Source of the DNA: a virus
Direction: 5' to 3' (one strand)
Virus record (IMG/VR): IMGVR_UViG_3300036985_006490
Location: 98,813-162,812 of that record
Length of the DNA: 64,000 nt
Within the stretch, counting starts at the first letter, position 1. Each line of letters opens with the position of its first letter. Made by a program: the position numbers and the translations under genes. Below, piece by piece: positions 1 through 10,499 of this stretch. Below the pieces are notes generated by a model. The model was not told the origin of the DNA and made no database searches. It saw only the letters and a list, made by a program, of their open reading frames with translations.

Positions 1-17
1 ACTATAAAAAAATTAAT

Positions 18-620
18 CTACCAAATTTCTTTTACCTTCATAAAACCAAGTGCAGCACAATAGGCGTCAGTCTGATCGAAATTCTCTTTTTTGAGTGTAT
101 TGTTCTTTGTGTATTGCCAAGTAATTTGTGGTTCTCTTTTTGCAACTAACTCCCATATAACCACTTTCTTATCAATATCTTTTGGCATCCCTCCAAACAA
201 AACATATTTGTCTTTATCATTGGGTTGAACTAAATGAGGGAACGCAAATTTTCTTGAATTGTATGTTGAAATAAACTCAGGAACGACTCCCAACACATCA
301 TAAACTTCTTTACAAATTAATGTATTGAATCTCATCAGAGTACTGACAGTATAAACGTTATTGGAGTTCAATAAAGGTTCCTCAATAACAACATACTGAA
401 TACCAAGTTCTTTATATGATAGTAGTTTTTCTCTGAAGATTTGTCCTTTTAATAACAACTCCTCAATTTTATTTTCTACCTTTGGTTTTGGAACTGGTGA
501 AATGTGAGTTAATTCCAATAAGTTTCCAGTTTCAATGTCGAATAACGACCAACCAATTGTCTTTGTTGACACATCTAATCCCAATACTTTGGGAGAATCT
601 TTCTTAATGTTTTGTGGCAT
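18..620 (-). CDS. RuvC-like Holliday junction resolvase / RNase H-fold nuclease
   Basis: VLGLDVSTKTIGWS (first acidic residue), VVIEEP and C-terminal DQTDA match the RuvC D-E-D-D catalytic pattern. Confidence 0.75.
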   Translation of the reverse strand: MPQNIKKDSPKVLGLDVSTKTIGWSLFDIETGNLLELTHISPVPKPKVENKIEELLLKGQIFREKLLSYKELGIQYVVIEEPLLNSNNVYTVSTLMRFNTLICKEVYDVLGVVPEFISTYNSRKFAFPHLVQPNDKDKYVLFGGMPKDIDKKVVIWELVAKREPQITWQYTKNNTLKKENFDQTDAYCAALGFMKVKEIW

Positions 621-622
621 AA

Positions 623-2809
623 TTAAAAATCTAGCTTCACTACAAATTGTTGAATACCCTGTCTTAATTCAGGAGATTGTAGCTTAGATATAACAATAAG
701 ATCATTATTCTGATCGTAAAGTCCAATTTCAGTAATATATGGTTTTGTACCTGCCGACCATGTAGGATTGGAAGTATTTGTAAACTGATTTCGATTTAAG
801 TTAATCAAATATTTCATTTCATAAATTGTTGCAGAAATGTCAGTTTCAAAGTTTCCATAAAAATAATACTCATCACCGAAGTTCAGAACATCGGTCTGTC
901 CATTCAATGGAATATCTAAATAATTTTGTAGTTGGTATGCCGCTGCGTTGGTGTAATCATCAAGTCCTATTTGGAATGTTGTTCCTGTCAATGATGTTTG
1001 AGTTATGTATCCATTAGATAATGTCATTGCTGAGGTTACATCTATCTGTCTCCAAGCAGTTGGTGAAGGTCTTGTATCACCTGTCACCATTTGACAAATA
1101 ATCTTCATGGAGGTGGCGGTGTATCCTGTAAATTCATTAACACCCAAGAATCCAAACTCTCCTCCGAATCTTACCGCAACGTTTTGAGTGTTTGCAGTTA
1201 CGGAACTATTTGGTTGTATTACAGAATAATAATTACAGTGAAGTGAACTTGTAACACCAGTTTGTGATTCAAATAAATAACTTACCCAAAATCTTTGGTC
1301 AGGATTCGACATCAATCCTGTAGAATTATTTCCAGTGTCACAAATGTTTGGAGTCAACAAACTCAACTTCGGTGCTGGTAAAGTAAAGTTTCTATTTGAT
1401 TTGTATGAAAGAGCCGCAATTACTTCTTCATCATCAACCACAATAATTTCTTGGTCAGGAAATACTTTACCAATTCTATTCAAATTACCATTACTATCCG
1501 CGTTGGTGTCCCACAAATGATAGTATCTTATACCAGGGTCATTCATGTCAATATTTTCCGTTGACTTAATATAATATGGTATACATAAATTATATCCTGA
1601 AGGGTCAATATAAAAATTTTGTCCTATTGTGGTTCCTGTTGATTTATGCCACATCAAAGTCGGCATACTCAATTTGAAATGTCTTGCTAATCCAATATCA
1701 TCTGTCGGATTTTGTGGGTCAAATGGTTGAGTTGAGAATTTTTCTCCATAGACATGGTCAATATCTTGATTGGTATAATGGATAATAGCAATGGCTTTTT
1801 GGTCTTGAGGTCTTACAACAATTTTCTCATCGAAGGAATTATAATAAAATACTTGGCTCGTATCAGTTTGTCCTGATGGTTCATTGTATCCCAAATATTC
1901 TTTGGTACCTATGTACGACACTGATCCAAACTTGGTATAATCTTCGTATGAACTACTGAATAATCCTGCAGGACTCTCAGTCCAAGGAATATTCATGTTC
2001 CAAATTGGAGTATTCTCTCTGTTGGTCACATCACAAGGAGACTCAAAGTTTAGAGTATCTGTTTGCCAATAAGGTGCAGGTGTAACAAAATCATATAATT
2101 CTGTCATACCTGATGGATATACATACAATCTGGCATAATTTGTTTCAATAGGTAGGTTATCAAATGTTGGTAACGATCTATCTAATGTTAATGTGAATGT
2201 ACTTCCTGTCGTTCCTGTGACAGGGCTCATATTTTGAATCTTATATGTAAGAATTTGGTTTGTAGTAAAATCACCACATCCACCATTCCCATCATAGACT
2301 ATAGTAACAAAATCATTAATCGATGGTGTTCCTGTAGTTGTTACGTCGCACACATTTAAGTCAAACTCAATATCAATATCTGTTTGTCCTGTTAAGGTTG
2401 ACATATCAACCCAAAAATTAGATGTTATTGTGTAAGCTGAAGTAGTTTGAATTTCGGTGGTTCCCGTAGTAAAAAACCCTTTTACACCAGCCGAGTTATA
2501 TATTTGTTGGAAATTACTATCCATAAAAGGAATTCCGTAAGTGTTACCTGATGAACTTTGTACGTAATATGGATATTTTATATTTTGTTTGTTTGATTGT
2601 GGTGAACCTGTATCATTTTGTGCGTTGAACGCTGGCATCAAAATATTATTATTGGTCTGATTATAATTCGGTACTGCAGTATAACTCACTTCACTATCCC
2701 CAATTTGGAAATAAGAGATATTGAAGGTACCTTGAGAAAGGTTTCTCCGTCCAACATCAGTTAATCTGGTGTTAATAAGTCCTGCAGTATTTTTAATAAT
2801 ATAAGCCAT
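623..2809 (-). CDS. Virion structural protein (baseplate/tail-collar-like)
   Basis: N-terminal LTDVGR..L..G...ISYFQIGDSE and C-terminal YITEIGLYDQNNDLIVISKL resemble phage tail-collar/baseplate attachment motifs; structural gene context. Confidence 0.6.
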   Translation of the reverse strand: MAYIIKNTAGLINTRLTDVGRRNLSQGTFNISYFQIGDSEVSYTAVPNYNQTNNNILMPAFNAQNDTGSPQSNKQNIKYPYYVQSSSGNTYGIPFMDSNFQQIYNSAGVKGFFTTGTTEIQTTSAYTITSNFWVDMSTLTGQTDIDIEFDLNVCDVTTTGTPSINDFVTIVYDGNGGCGDFTTNQILTYKIQNMSPVTGTTGSTFTLTLDRSLPTFDNLPIETNYARLYVYPSGMTELYDFVTPAPYWQTDTLNFESPCDVTNRENTPIWNMNIPWTESPAGLFSSSYEDYTKFGSVSYIGTKEYLGYNEPSGQTDTSQVFYYNSFDEKIVVRPQDQKAIAIIHYTNQDIDHVYGEKFSTQPFDPQNPTDDIGLARHFKLSMPTLMWHKSTGTTIGQNFYIDPSGYNLCIPYYIKSTENIDMNDPGIRYYHLWDTNADSNGNLNRIGKVFPDQEIIVVDDEEVIAALSYKSNRNFTLPAPKLSLLTPNICDTGNNSTGLMSNPDQRFWVSYLFESQTGVTSSLHCNYYSVIQPNSSVTANTQNVAVRFGGEFGFLGVNEFTGYTATSMKIICQMVTGDTRPSPTAWRQIDVTSAMTLSNGYITQTSLTGTTFQIGLDDYTNAAAYQLQNYLDIPLNGQTDVLNFGDEYYFYGNFETDISATIYEMKYLINLNRNQFTNTSNPTWSAGTKPYITEIGLYDQNNDLIVISKLQSPELRQGIQQFVVKLDF

Positions 2810-2813
2810 TGTT

Positions 2814-2821
2814 TATAAATA
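2814..2821 (-). promoter_or_regulatory. TATTTATA motif, candidate phage late promoter
   Basis: 4 nt upstream of the ATG at 2809; the same 8-mer occurs at 9255-9262(-), 9334-9341(+) and 61018-61025(-). Confidence 0.4.
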
Positions 2822-2839
2822 GTTGTTCTGTTTTTTTTA

Positions 2840-5332
2840 TTATTGTGGGTTGAAGTCACAATCTACTACAAGAGTAAGACAAGTAACATTCGATAGATTA
2901 TTTGCGTCCCTTATTCCAACATACGAAGTTCCACTAGGTACGTAAAGATAATCTTTGGAAGTTCCATTTAAGAAATTGAATGTCCCATTCAACGCATCAT
3001 TACAATTTGTGTAATATGTGTCAGTGATATCATATTGTCCTGAACCACCAGCAAAATCTGCAAGTACTACCGTCGCAACTCCACCGAATCCACAAAGTAT
3101 TGTTGATGTCGCATATAAAGGTTTTGAAGGAATATTACCAGTCGAATTGAATGTGACACTGTTTGAGTTGATTGTATTAGATGTCGAATCAGCAATTACT
3201 TGACAACATCTACATCCGTTAATACTTTGTTGAGTAAATTGTGCTGTAATTTGTTGTGTTAAGTTAGTCAAACAATTACTTTGAGCTCCTGATTGTCCTG
3301 CCGTGATTGACAACACCGATGTATTTTCAATAAATACAGGAGAGTTGTTTCCAATTTGTAATTGGTAGGTATCTGCTTCGGTAACGGCTGTGAATGTTTC
3401 AGGACTACAATTAGGTCTACTACCTGTTTGAACGATTGTCTGAGTTGTTGTTGGAGTTTTGGTGACTCCATTCTCAGTTATGGAGAACGTGTCGGTAATT
3501 AATCCTGTTCCAGGTCCATTATAAGTTTTAATTGATGATAGTGTCAAATTGAATGGTATGGTAAGCCCTGGCGGCAATGGTGGAGTACTCACAATCTGAT
3601 AGAATGTTGTACGAGAATTATAATTACTCAAAGTAATATCTTGAGTAGCCAATGTATTAGCACTTAGGGATAACTGATAAGTAACAGGTTGTTGATTAAA
3701 CCCAACTGTAGCACTTTCGATGTCGGTGTTACCTGCAGAATCTGTCACGGTTATTGTATATGTTCCGGCACATAGGTCTTCGAATATATTAGTTGACTGA
3801 TAAGTTGAACCTCCGTTAATTGAGAATAGATATGGAGGATATCCATATTGTGCGTTCACAATTATATCACCGTCACAATTTGCAACACTATCACATGAGT
3901 TATTATTTACCGACAATGCTACTTGTACAGGTATTACAGATGGACAAACACCTTGAGTCATAGTTACACTATATGTATTAACTCCGCCAGCAATAACCCA
4001 TCCTGATAACGGAACCGAAGCAGTTGACGTACTTATGAATATACCACCTCCGACTGGATTGAATGGTATTGTCGGATTCGATCCAGTGACTTCCCATCTA
4101 ACAACTGTAGAGTTCCAAACAATATTATATTGTCCGTCTGAAGTTGACCATGTTGTTCTTCCATTTCTCAATCCATTACAGTTAAATTGTAGTGGGCCAT
4201 AAGCGGTTGATGTACTTAAAGCAATTAAACACAATTGAGGACAAACTCCTGATGGAGTAACCGTTGGAGTTAATGTTGGGCTCGGAGTGATAGTCTGTGT
4301 TGGAGGAAATAAACTACAAATAGTTGAAGCAGTATAATCTCCATAATAATCCACAACTGTTACTTGGTAGGAACCCTGAGGAATTCCAATCAAAGTTTGA
4401 GTTCTTTGCCCTCCTTCCCAATAAATAGAATAAGGACTTGTACCACCAGTAATTCTTAAAGACAAGATACCATCCAATGAACTTGATGAACTCGGCATTG
4501 ATATTGGAAAACAAGTTACACCCATATCAAAAAGGGTGAATACATCACAATTGTTTCTTAATGAAAGTACTTGACTATTTGTTGGTGTCTGTGTAGGTGT
4601 TTTAGTTACCGATGGAGTTAAAGAACTTGTCGGAGTAATAGTTGGAGTTGTTGTATTAGTTGGTGTTGTAGTCGGAGTTTTAGTCGGTGTTGGAGTAGGA
4701 CAACTCACTGATGCAGTTACATTCAACTTAACCACACCATTAGATGGCTTGGTATAATCCATAGTTATGGATATACCACTCTCAGTTCCTTGTTGGAAAT
4801 TACCACAACAATCGGTATAAAAATAACTTGAATTTGGATTAACTAAGGTATATGCTTGCCCACATAAAATTGGTGTGGTTGATGGCGTAACATTCGGAGT
4901 TCTTGTTTGAGTTGGTGTATTAGTTGGCGAAGATGTAATCGCTGGAGTTGGTTTTGGTGTTCGGGTTGGCGTTGGTGTTGCAGTTTGAGTCTGTGTATTA
5001 CTTGGAGTGTTTGTAGGTGTTGTGGTTGGTTCAGGTGTAACTGCGGGATAACAACTATTGTTGTCTGTACATATATTCTCAGTATCAGTTACGGTAATTC
5101 CCTCAATTAATAGCGTATCACCGAAGAAACCATATTTAAAAGTTGGTGAACCTAAAATAGATGAACAAATATAAAAAGCAAACGAACTTCCAAGATTGGT
5201 ATTTGGTAAGTTTAAGGCAATTGCACTATCTGCTTGACCATCACAATCGGTATATACGACATATAAATCTTGGCCTCCACTGGTGGCTAAATCGTAAGGG
5301 ACTTCAATGTAATAACAAGTACAGGTCGACAT
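2840..5332 (-). CDS. Thr/Pro-rich, Cys-rich fibre or adhesin-like protein with two SprB-like repeats
   Basis: Several PT linkers; GGTSPYSIYW...GSYQVTVVD and GYPPYLFSINGG...LCAGTYTITVTD resemble SprB repeats. Confidence 0.6.
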   Translation of the reverse strand: MSTCTCYYIEVPYDLATSGGQDLYVVYTDCDGQADSAIALNLPNTNLGSSFAFYICSSILGSPTFKYGFFGDTLLIEGITVTDTENICTDNNSCYPAVTPEPTTTPTNTPSNTQTQTATPTPTRTPKPTPAITSSPTNTPTQTRTPNVTPSTTPILCGQAYTLVNPNSSYFYTDCCGNFQQGTESGISITMDYTKPSNGVVKLNVTASVSCPTPTPTKTPTTTPTNTTTPTITPTSSLTPSVTKTPTQTPTNSQVLSLRNNCDVFTLFDMGVTCFPISMPSSSSSLDGILSLRITGGTSPYSIYWEGGQRTQTLIGIPQGSYQVTVVDYYGDYTASTICSLFPPTQTITPSPTLTPTVTPSGVCPQLCLIALSTSTAYGPLQFNCNGLRNGRTTWSTSDGQYNIVWNSTVVRWEVTGSNPTIPFNPVGGGIFISTSTASVPLSGWVIAGGVNTYSVTMTQGVCPSVIPVQVALSVNNNSCDSVANCDGDIIVNAQYGYPPYLFSINGGSTYQSTNIFEDLCAGTYTITVTDSAGNTDIESATVGFNQQPVTYQLSLSANTLATQDITLSNYNSRTTFYQIVSTPPLPPGLTIPFNLTLSSIKTYNGPGTGLITDTFSITENGVTKTPTTTQTIVQTGSRPNCSPETFTAVTEADTYQLQIGNNSPVFIENTSVLSITAGQSGAQSNCLTNLTQQITAQFTQQSINGCRCCQVIADSTSNTINSNSVTFNSTGNIPSKPLYATSTILCGFGGVATVVLADFAGGSGQYDITDTYYTNCNDALNGTFNFLNGTSKDYLYVPSGTSYVGIRDANNLSNVTCLTLVVDCDFNPQ

Positions 5333-5395
5333 CTATTAATTTATTATATCCTATAATTATAAGAACTCACAATATTTTGTATATATTTGTGAAGT

Positions 5396-6043
5396 TTATG
5401 GACATGCAACAAAACTGGTTATTGTTCCATCTCCATCTACCTGAACAGCATAATTGTTTCCTCCAAAGGTAAATTTAGTAAATCGATTATTTCCGTTGTA
5501 TGGGTTGAATAATGTTACACCAAAAGCGGTTTGATATATCTTTACTCCAACTACAGGGATAGTATTCGCTTGGTTAATATATGTGTAATAATTTGCAAGT
5601 GTAAGTGTATCACTACAGGTATTAGCTGAAGTCGAAAATGTATTTTGTCCAATTAAATGAAGGGAGAACGCAGGTGTCACAGATGGAGTTGGTGTGAATG
5701 TTGGAGTTGTTGTTGGAGTACTTGCTTGTGTAGAACTTACTGTCGGAGTATTTGTTTGAGTCTGAGTCGGAGTCGAAGTGTTTGTTGGAGTTTGAGTTGT
5801 CGAAGGGGTTATACTTGGTGTTGGAGTTGGTGTAATAGGTATTATTTCACCATCAATACAACCATTAACATCTTCAATTTTAATTACAATATTACTATCA
5901 TCATAGGGAGGAGGAACTGAAAATGTATATGGAAAAACTGAAACGGTTGAAACGTATACACAGTTCGCGCTAAATGAATCACAGTAGAATATTTCAACTG
6001 GAGTATTTGCGGTTACCGATGTAATTGTTACTTGTTGACTCAT
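5396..6043 (-). CDS. Putative fibre/structural protein: small N-terminal module + PT linker + Cys-bounded C-terminal domain
   Basis: First ~70 aa are paralogous to the 74-aa ORF at 6040-6264; TPTPT repeats. Confidence 0.55.
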   Translation of the reverse strand: MSQQVTITSVTANTPVEIFYCDSFSANCVYVSTVSVFPYTFSVPPPYDDSNIVIKIEDVNGCIDGEIIPITPTPTPSITPSTTQTPTNTSTPTQTQTNTPTVSSTQASTPTTTPTFTPTPSVTPAFSLHLIGQNTFSTSANTCSDTLTLANYYTYINQANTIPVVGVKIYQTAFGVTLFNPYNGNNRFTKFTFGGNNYAVQVDGDGTITSFVACP

Positions 6044-6264
6044 GATACTACAGCGCTAGTTCCTGAAATTATGCAATTGTTTGCATCAATCGCCTTCACC
6101 ATATAGTTTGGAGATACATCATATGGTGAAGGGATATCAAATATATATGGAAATGTTGAACCTATCGTTGATATATAAAAGCAACCTGACCCATCAACTT
6201 GACAGACATAAATATCATAAGGTGTTACTCCTGAAATATTATTTATTGTAACTTGTACTCCCAT
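6040..6264 (-). CDS. Small structural protein, stand-alone paralog of the 5396-6043 N-terminus
   Basis: QVTI..I.G.TP..I..C...C.Y.ST..PY.F..P.PYD shared with the downstream ORF; ATGA overlap. Confidence 0.65.
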   Translation of the reverse strand: MGVQVTINNISGVTPYDIYVCQVDGSGCFYISTIGSTFPYIFDIPSPYDVSPNYMVKAIDANNCIISGTSAVVS

Positions 6265-6276
6265 TTCTTTATTTAT

Positions 6277-9198
6277 TTAACATTGTGTTGATGATAATCC
6301 GATTACTCCACCCGATCCATTAAGGTCCCAATTGGCTCCTTGATGGTATACATATATCTCGCTAACCACATTCTGTAATGTAGAATCTGTGTATAATACA
6401 CATCCAACATTAATCGTCTCACAATTTGAATATAATGTTTTCGGATTGATAATAGCGTCGGAACAAGCGTCAAAAATACTTATATCACTCACACCACTAT
6501 CTCCGAAAGCACCGATGTTTCCAGTTGCACAGGTCTCACAATTAGAATAAGTTTGAGTTGAAACACCTATAAAATAATTACCTCCAAAGTTTATTGGTGT
6601 AACTTTTGGTGGAGCAATATAAGATGTATTAAATCGACCGACATAATACCAACAATTTCCATCGTTATCTTTGAATGTTTCATTTACCGCAATTGTAAAC
6701 GACACTGGTTGAGTTTGAATAACTTGAGTTATCGTTCCTCTTCCTCCACCGATACGGTTACAAGACTCATATACATATAGGAAATTAGGAGTTGCCGATG
6801 GCGACGCGGTTATTGATGGTGTTGGCGTGTTTGTAGCGGTTGGAGTTCTAGTTTGAGTCGGTGTTGGTGGAGGTGTAGTACCTACCGCAGAGGTTATAGA
6901 TGGTGTTGGAGTTTGTGTTCTAGTAACACTTGGTGTAATTCCTGCAGTTGATGTAGGAGTGTTTGTCGGTGTTGATGTCGTAGTTGGTGTTGGAGTCGGT
7001 ATTGTACTACAGTATTCACAAGAAGAATAGATTTGTACAATAGATCCAAGTGTGCTATTTGACGACAAATTATTATCATCTCTAGAATAAATCACACAAC
7101 GATTCACCCCGTTAACTTGAACAAACATTGTCATACCAATCACCACAGGTGTTCCCAAGAAAGACAAGGAATCGGTGGTATAGAATTCTTCACCACTACC
7201 ACAATCGGTCAATACCTTAGCAGATACACAACTAAATGTCTCATCCAACATTTCAAAAGTAACACTACCTTCAATGGACACGGTTCTTGTAAGTGTAACT
7301 GAAGGTGTCAATGTCACAGTTGGAGTTGTTGAAGTGAATCCACTTAAACTAAAATTAATACCCACACCAGAACAGAAGTTACCCGAAGGAGTTGGTGTAG
7401 GAGTTACTCCTATTGAATCTATGATGAAATTAACATCATCACAAGCAATACTCGGAGTTGGCGTTGGTAATGGTTCCCAATCACAATCGAAATACGCATT
7501 GAAATTAAATATTGAACAGTCAACACCAGTTGGCGTTGGAGTTGGGCAAATTCCGCCTTCAAAATCATTTGCCGAAATATCAGGACACTGTGAATTACAA
7601 GGATTGGAACCTCTTAATAAACAAGTTCCTCCCAATGTATCACTCAAACACCAAAAACTTCCAGTATGATAAATGACCGCAGAAGTTATTCCATCTCCCG
7701 AATAATAAATTCTTGAGTTGTAAGTTCCAGCCGATTCATAGTTTCCATTGTACCCTGAGAAAGATGGTAATGTGGTATAGAAACAGAAGTCAGTAAATGC
7801 ACATGCCGATGGTGACGGTGATACTGTCGGAGTATTCGTCGGTGTAGATTGTGGTGTATTGGTCGGAGTTGACGTAGGTACACAAAAAGAACAATCATCA
7901 AAATCAGGATCACCAAAATCAGGTCCACCTGGCCCTGAGAATTCAACGAAACTATAACACTCCCCATTATAAAGATAAGCCGCTCCAACAAATGCAGTAT
8001 CTTCATTTACATTGGCATATAATACACTTCCGTCGGAACACTTATAAAGTAATGCTGCTGTTAGAGCAGTTCTTGGACACGAAGAATCCGCACATGTTGG
8101 AACCTGTGTGAATGTAACTCCAACAGAATTGTATAAAGTCCCACTAGTAAACCCACTTACAATTGTTGCACATCCTTCGAATTCAATACTATTAGTAATA
8201 CAATATACATCACCAATTACAGTAGGAATACTTGGTCCTCCAAATCTGAATATGTTTGAACCATTTGTACAATCTTGAAATTGTATAACAATACTATTTG
8301 TTGGTGACGGTGTTTGTGTCGTTGTTGGAGTTTGTGTTGCGGTATTAGTTGGAGTTTGAGTCTGTGTTGCAGTATTTGTAGGAGTTTGAGTCTGTGTTGC
8401 AGTGTTAGTAGGAGTTTGAGTCTGTGTTGCAGTGTTAGTAGGAGTTTGAGTCTGTGTTGCAGTGTTAGTAGGAGTTTGAGTCGTAGTATTCGTTGGCGTG
8501 GCAGTATTCGTTGCCGTTTGTGTTGGAGTTTCAGTAGGAGTTTGAGTCGTAGTATTTGTTGGCGTGGCAGTATTCGTTGCCGTTTGTGTAGGAGTCTGAG
8601 TTGAGGTTTCTGTAGGAGTCTGAGTTTGTGTAGGAGTTGTGGTTGGAGTAGGCGTTGCAGTATTCGTTGCCGTTGTCGTAGGAGTTTGTGTTGGAGTCTC
8701 AGTAGGCGTTTCTGTAGGAGTAGGTGTTTGTGTTTCAGTAGCAGTTGGAGTCAATCCTGGAGGTGCCGTTATACTTGGTGTCGGAGTTTGGGTTGGAGTT
8801 TCTGTTGGAGTCTGTGTTGGTGTTGAAGTATTTGTTGGTGTTGGAGTGGGAGTTATCACCGTACAACATTCACTAATACTTCCCGTTACAGGTACTACAT
8901 CAGCATAGTCAAATGTTGGACTTGATATTTCGCCACAAGTAGGTGGTGCGACACACTGGATATCACTTGTAGCAATCAATACACTACCAATCTGTCCTGA
9001 AGATATAAATGTATTTCCTGTTGAACTATCACTATAATGTGCAATTACATTTATATCAAATGGAGCAGCTATTTGAGTTCCTCCACAACCATCAAAGAAT
9101 TGGATATTCCAATCTGTTGTACTTGCGAAATAACCAGGACAATCAAAACATTCATTAGGAATACTTGTCGTACCTGTTATTGTATAACAATTAGCCAT
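6277..9198 (-). CDS. Large mucin-like Thr/Pro-rich, Cys-rich virion fibre protein
   Basis: 973 aa; ~190-aa TPTNTATQT tract plus several Cys-rich modules (e.g. YSxCxxC). Confidence 0.6.
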   Translation of the reverse strand: MANCYTITGTTSIPNECFDCPGYFASTTDWNIQFFDGCGGTQIAAPFDINVIAHYSDSSTGNTFISSGQIGSVLIATSDIQCVAPPTCGEISSPTFDYADVVPVTGSISECCTVITPTPTPTNTSTPTQTPTETPTQTPTPSITAPPGLTPTATETQTPTPTETPTETPTQTPTTTATNTATPTPTTTPTQTQTPTETSTQTPTQTATNTATPTNTTTQTPTETPTQTATNTATPTNTTTQTPTNTATQTQTPTNTATQTQTPTNTATQTQTPTNTATQTQTPTNTATQTPTTTQTPSPTNSIVIQFQDCTNGSNIFRFGGPSIPTVIGDVYCITNSIEFEGCATIVSGFTSGTLYNSVGVTFTQVPTCADSSCPRTALTAALLYKCSDGSVLYANVNEDTAFVGAAYLYNGECYSFVEFSGPGGPDFGDPDFDDCSFCVPTSTPTNTPQSTPTNTPTVSPSPSACAFTDFCFYTTLPSFSGYNGNYESAGTYNSRIYYSGDGITSAVIYHTGSFWCLSDTLGGTCLLRGSNPCNSQCPDISANDFEGGICPTPTPTGVDCSIFNFNAYFDCDWEPLPTPTPSIACDDVNFIIDSIGVTPTPTPSGNFCSGVGINFSLSGFTSTTPTVTLTPSVTLTRTVSIEGSVTFEMLDETFSCVSAKVLTDCGSGEEFYTTDSLSFLGTPVVIGMTMFVQVNGVNRCVIYSRDDNNLSSNSTLGSIVQIYSSCEYCSTIPTPTPTTTSTPTNTPTSTAGITPSVTRTQTPTPSITSAVGTTPPPTPTQTRTPTATNTPTPSITASPSATPNFLYVYESCNRIGGGRGTITQVIQTQPVSFTIAVNETFKDNDGNCWYYVGRFNTSYIAPPKVTPINFGGNYFIGVSTQTYSNCETCATGNIGAFGDSGVSDISIFDACSDAIINPKTLYSNCETINVGCVLYTDSTLQNVVSEIYVYHQGANWDLNGSGGVIGLSSTQC
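8330..8600. repeat. Coding tandem repeats: 30-bp units ([10 protein letters not shown]) and a 66-bp duplication
   Basis: gttgcagtgttagtaggagtttgagtctgt repeated ~4-5 times at ~8336-8480; 66-bp period between ~8468 and ~8534. Confidence 0.85.
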
Positions 9199-9254
9199 CT
9201 GTTTCCCCTCTATAAAAATTTATTGATATTATATCCATGTAATTATTGTTCCTA

Positions 9255-9341
9255 TATAAATAACCAGATATTAGGTTTTATACATCCAATAATATAGTTT
9301 TGTTGAAAACTAAATAAAGTAGTACCTCGATAATATTTATA
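9255..9341. promoter_or_regulatory. Divergent promoter region with TATTTATA on both strands
   Basis: Motif at 9255-9262(-) upstream of 9198 and at 9334-9341(+) 5 nt upstream of the ATG at 9347. Confidence 0.4.
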
Positions 9342-9346
9342 TGTGT

Positions 9347-9517
9347 ATGAAACTTCTAAACACAATTCAAAATATTATCAAAGAGGCTGAAGAACAATAT
9401 AACAATGCTTGTGATTCATGTGTCCCTGTTGAAGAATTGGACAGGCTTGAAAAACATTACAAAGATTCCCTCAAACTACTGAAGTTATATCAGTCTGAAG
9501 AAAAAAAGAAACGTTAA
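9347..9517 (+). CDS. Small hypothetical protein (56 aa, MKLLNTIQNIIKEAEEQ...), not in the ORF track
   Basis: Translated by hand, ATG 9347 to TAA 9517; preceded by TATTTATA; helical composition with a CxxC. Confidence 0.6.
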   Translation: MKLLNTIQNIIKEAEEQYNNACDSCVPVEELDRLEKHYKDSLKLLKLYQSEEKKKR

Positions 9518-9557
9518 TAATAGATTTTTTATATCATCTTTCATATATTTCTCCAAT

Positions 9558-10496
9558 ATGAAAGAGCCATTGTTGGATTTACATTTATCTAAAGGACTTG
9601 GAGACACTATTTGTTCAACCCCATCACTTCGTAAATTATTTTTTGCCTACGGAAAAAAAATATCAGTTCTAACAGACCATCCATACATTTTCAAAAACAA
9701 TAAGTATGTGGACAAAATTTTTAATACCACAGAAACTTCAAGAGAAAGTTTGGCAGAACAATATGAATTGTTAGTGAGTTTTGCTCCAAATTTGGAAAAC
9801 AAATACAATTTAGGGTTACGCCATAATACAATGGACATCCGACAATTCCACTCATCAGGTTTGGGGTTCACTCTATTACCTGATGAATGTCATACAGAAT
9901 TTGTACCTGATGAATGGGATTCAATCGAAAATTTACCTGACAAATTTATTTTAATTCATCCCGTACAAAGTTGGGCAGCAAGAACTTGGGATAAAGACAA
10001 ATGGAAATTACTAACCAACATGTTGAATGATAATGGTATTGCGGTCATTTCAGTTGGAAAATCTTCAAGTGAGATAGGGTTTCATATGGTACAAAAACCA
10101 GTCTTTGATTTCCCCATTAAATTAGGTTTGAACTTAATGAATCAAACGACCATATCACAAACTTGGTGGTTAATACAAAAAAGTTTGGCATTTGTAACCA
10201 TGGATTCTGGGCTGTTACATTTAGCGGGTACGACAGATGCACAAATCATTCAACTTGGTAGTTCGATAAATTGGAGATTGAGGGCTCCGTACAGAAACGG
10301 TCGACAAGATTACAAGTATCACTACGTTGATGGTGAATGTAAAATTGCTTGCGCTTCCGACATGAGATATGGAGTTAGAGAGTGGAATTCAATCAGAGGT
10401 ATTCCTCCTTTGGTAGGTTGTTTAGAGGGGAAATCAGAATTTGTTTGTCACCCAAACGTAAATCAAATTTTTAATAAAATAATTGAAATAATATAA
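9558..10496 (+). CDS. GT9/heptosyltransferase-like glycosyltransferase with C-terminal Cys cluster
   Basis: GLGDTIC.TP start; FVTMDSGLLHLAG GT9 signature; C-terminal CxxxC...C...C. Confidence 0.8.
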   Translation: MKEPLLDLHLSKGLGDTICSTPSLRKLFFAYGKKISVLTDHPYIFKNNKYVDKIFNTTETSRESLAEQYELLVSFAPNLENKYNLGLRHNTMDIRQFHSSGLGFTLLPDECHTEFVPDEWDSIENLPDKFILIHPVQSWAARTWDKDKWKLLTNMLNDNGIAVISVGKSSSEIGFHMVQKPVFDFPIKLGLNLMNQTTISQTWWLIQKSLAFVTMDSGLLHLAGTTDAQIIQLGSSINWRLRAPYRNGRQDYKYHYVDGECKIACASDMRYGVREWNSIRGIPPLVGCLEGKSEFVCHPNVNQIFNKIIEII

Positions 10497-10499
10497 ATA

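Noticed and set aside
8330-8600. Possible CRISPR array
   Set aside because: Contiguous coding repeats with no unique spacers and no cas genes.
8314-8908. Cys/Ser/Arg-rich and Val/Gly-rich plus-strand ORFs (also 4907, 5657, 7274, 61315)
   Set aside because: Antisense translations of Thr/Pro repeats, not RiPP precursors.
9191-9238. 15-codon upstream ORF overlapping the 9198 start (and a 9-codon ORF at ~60982-61011)
   Set aside because: Too short to distinguish from chance in AT-rich DNA.
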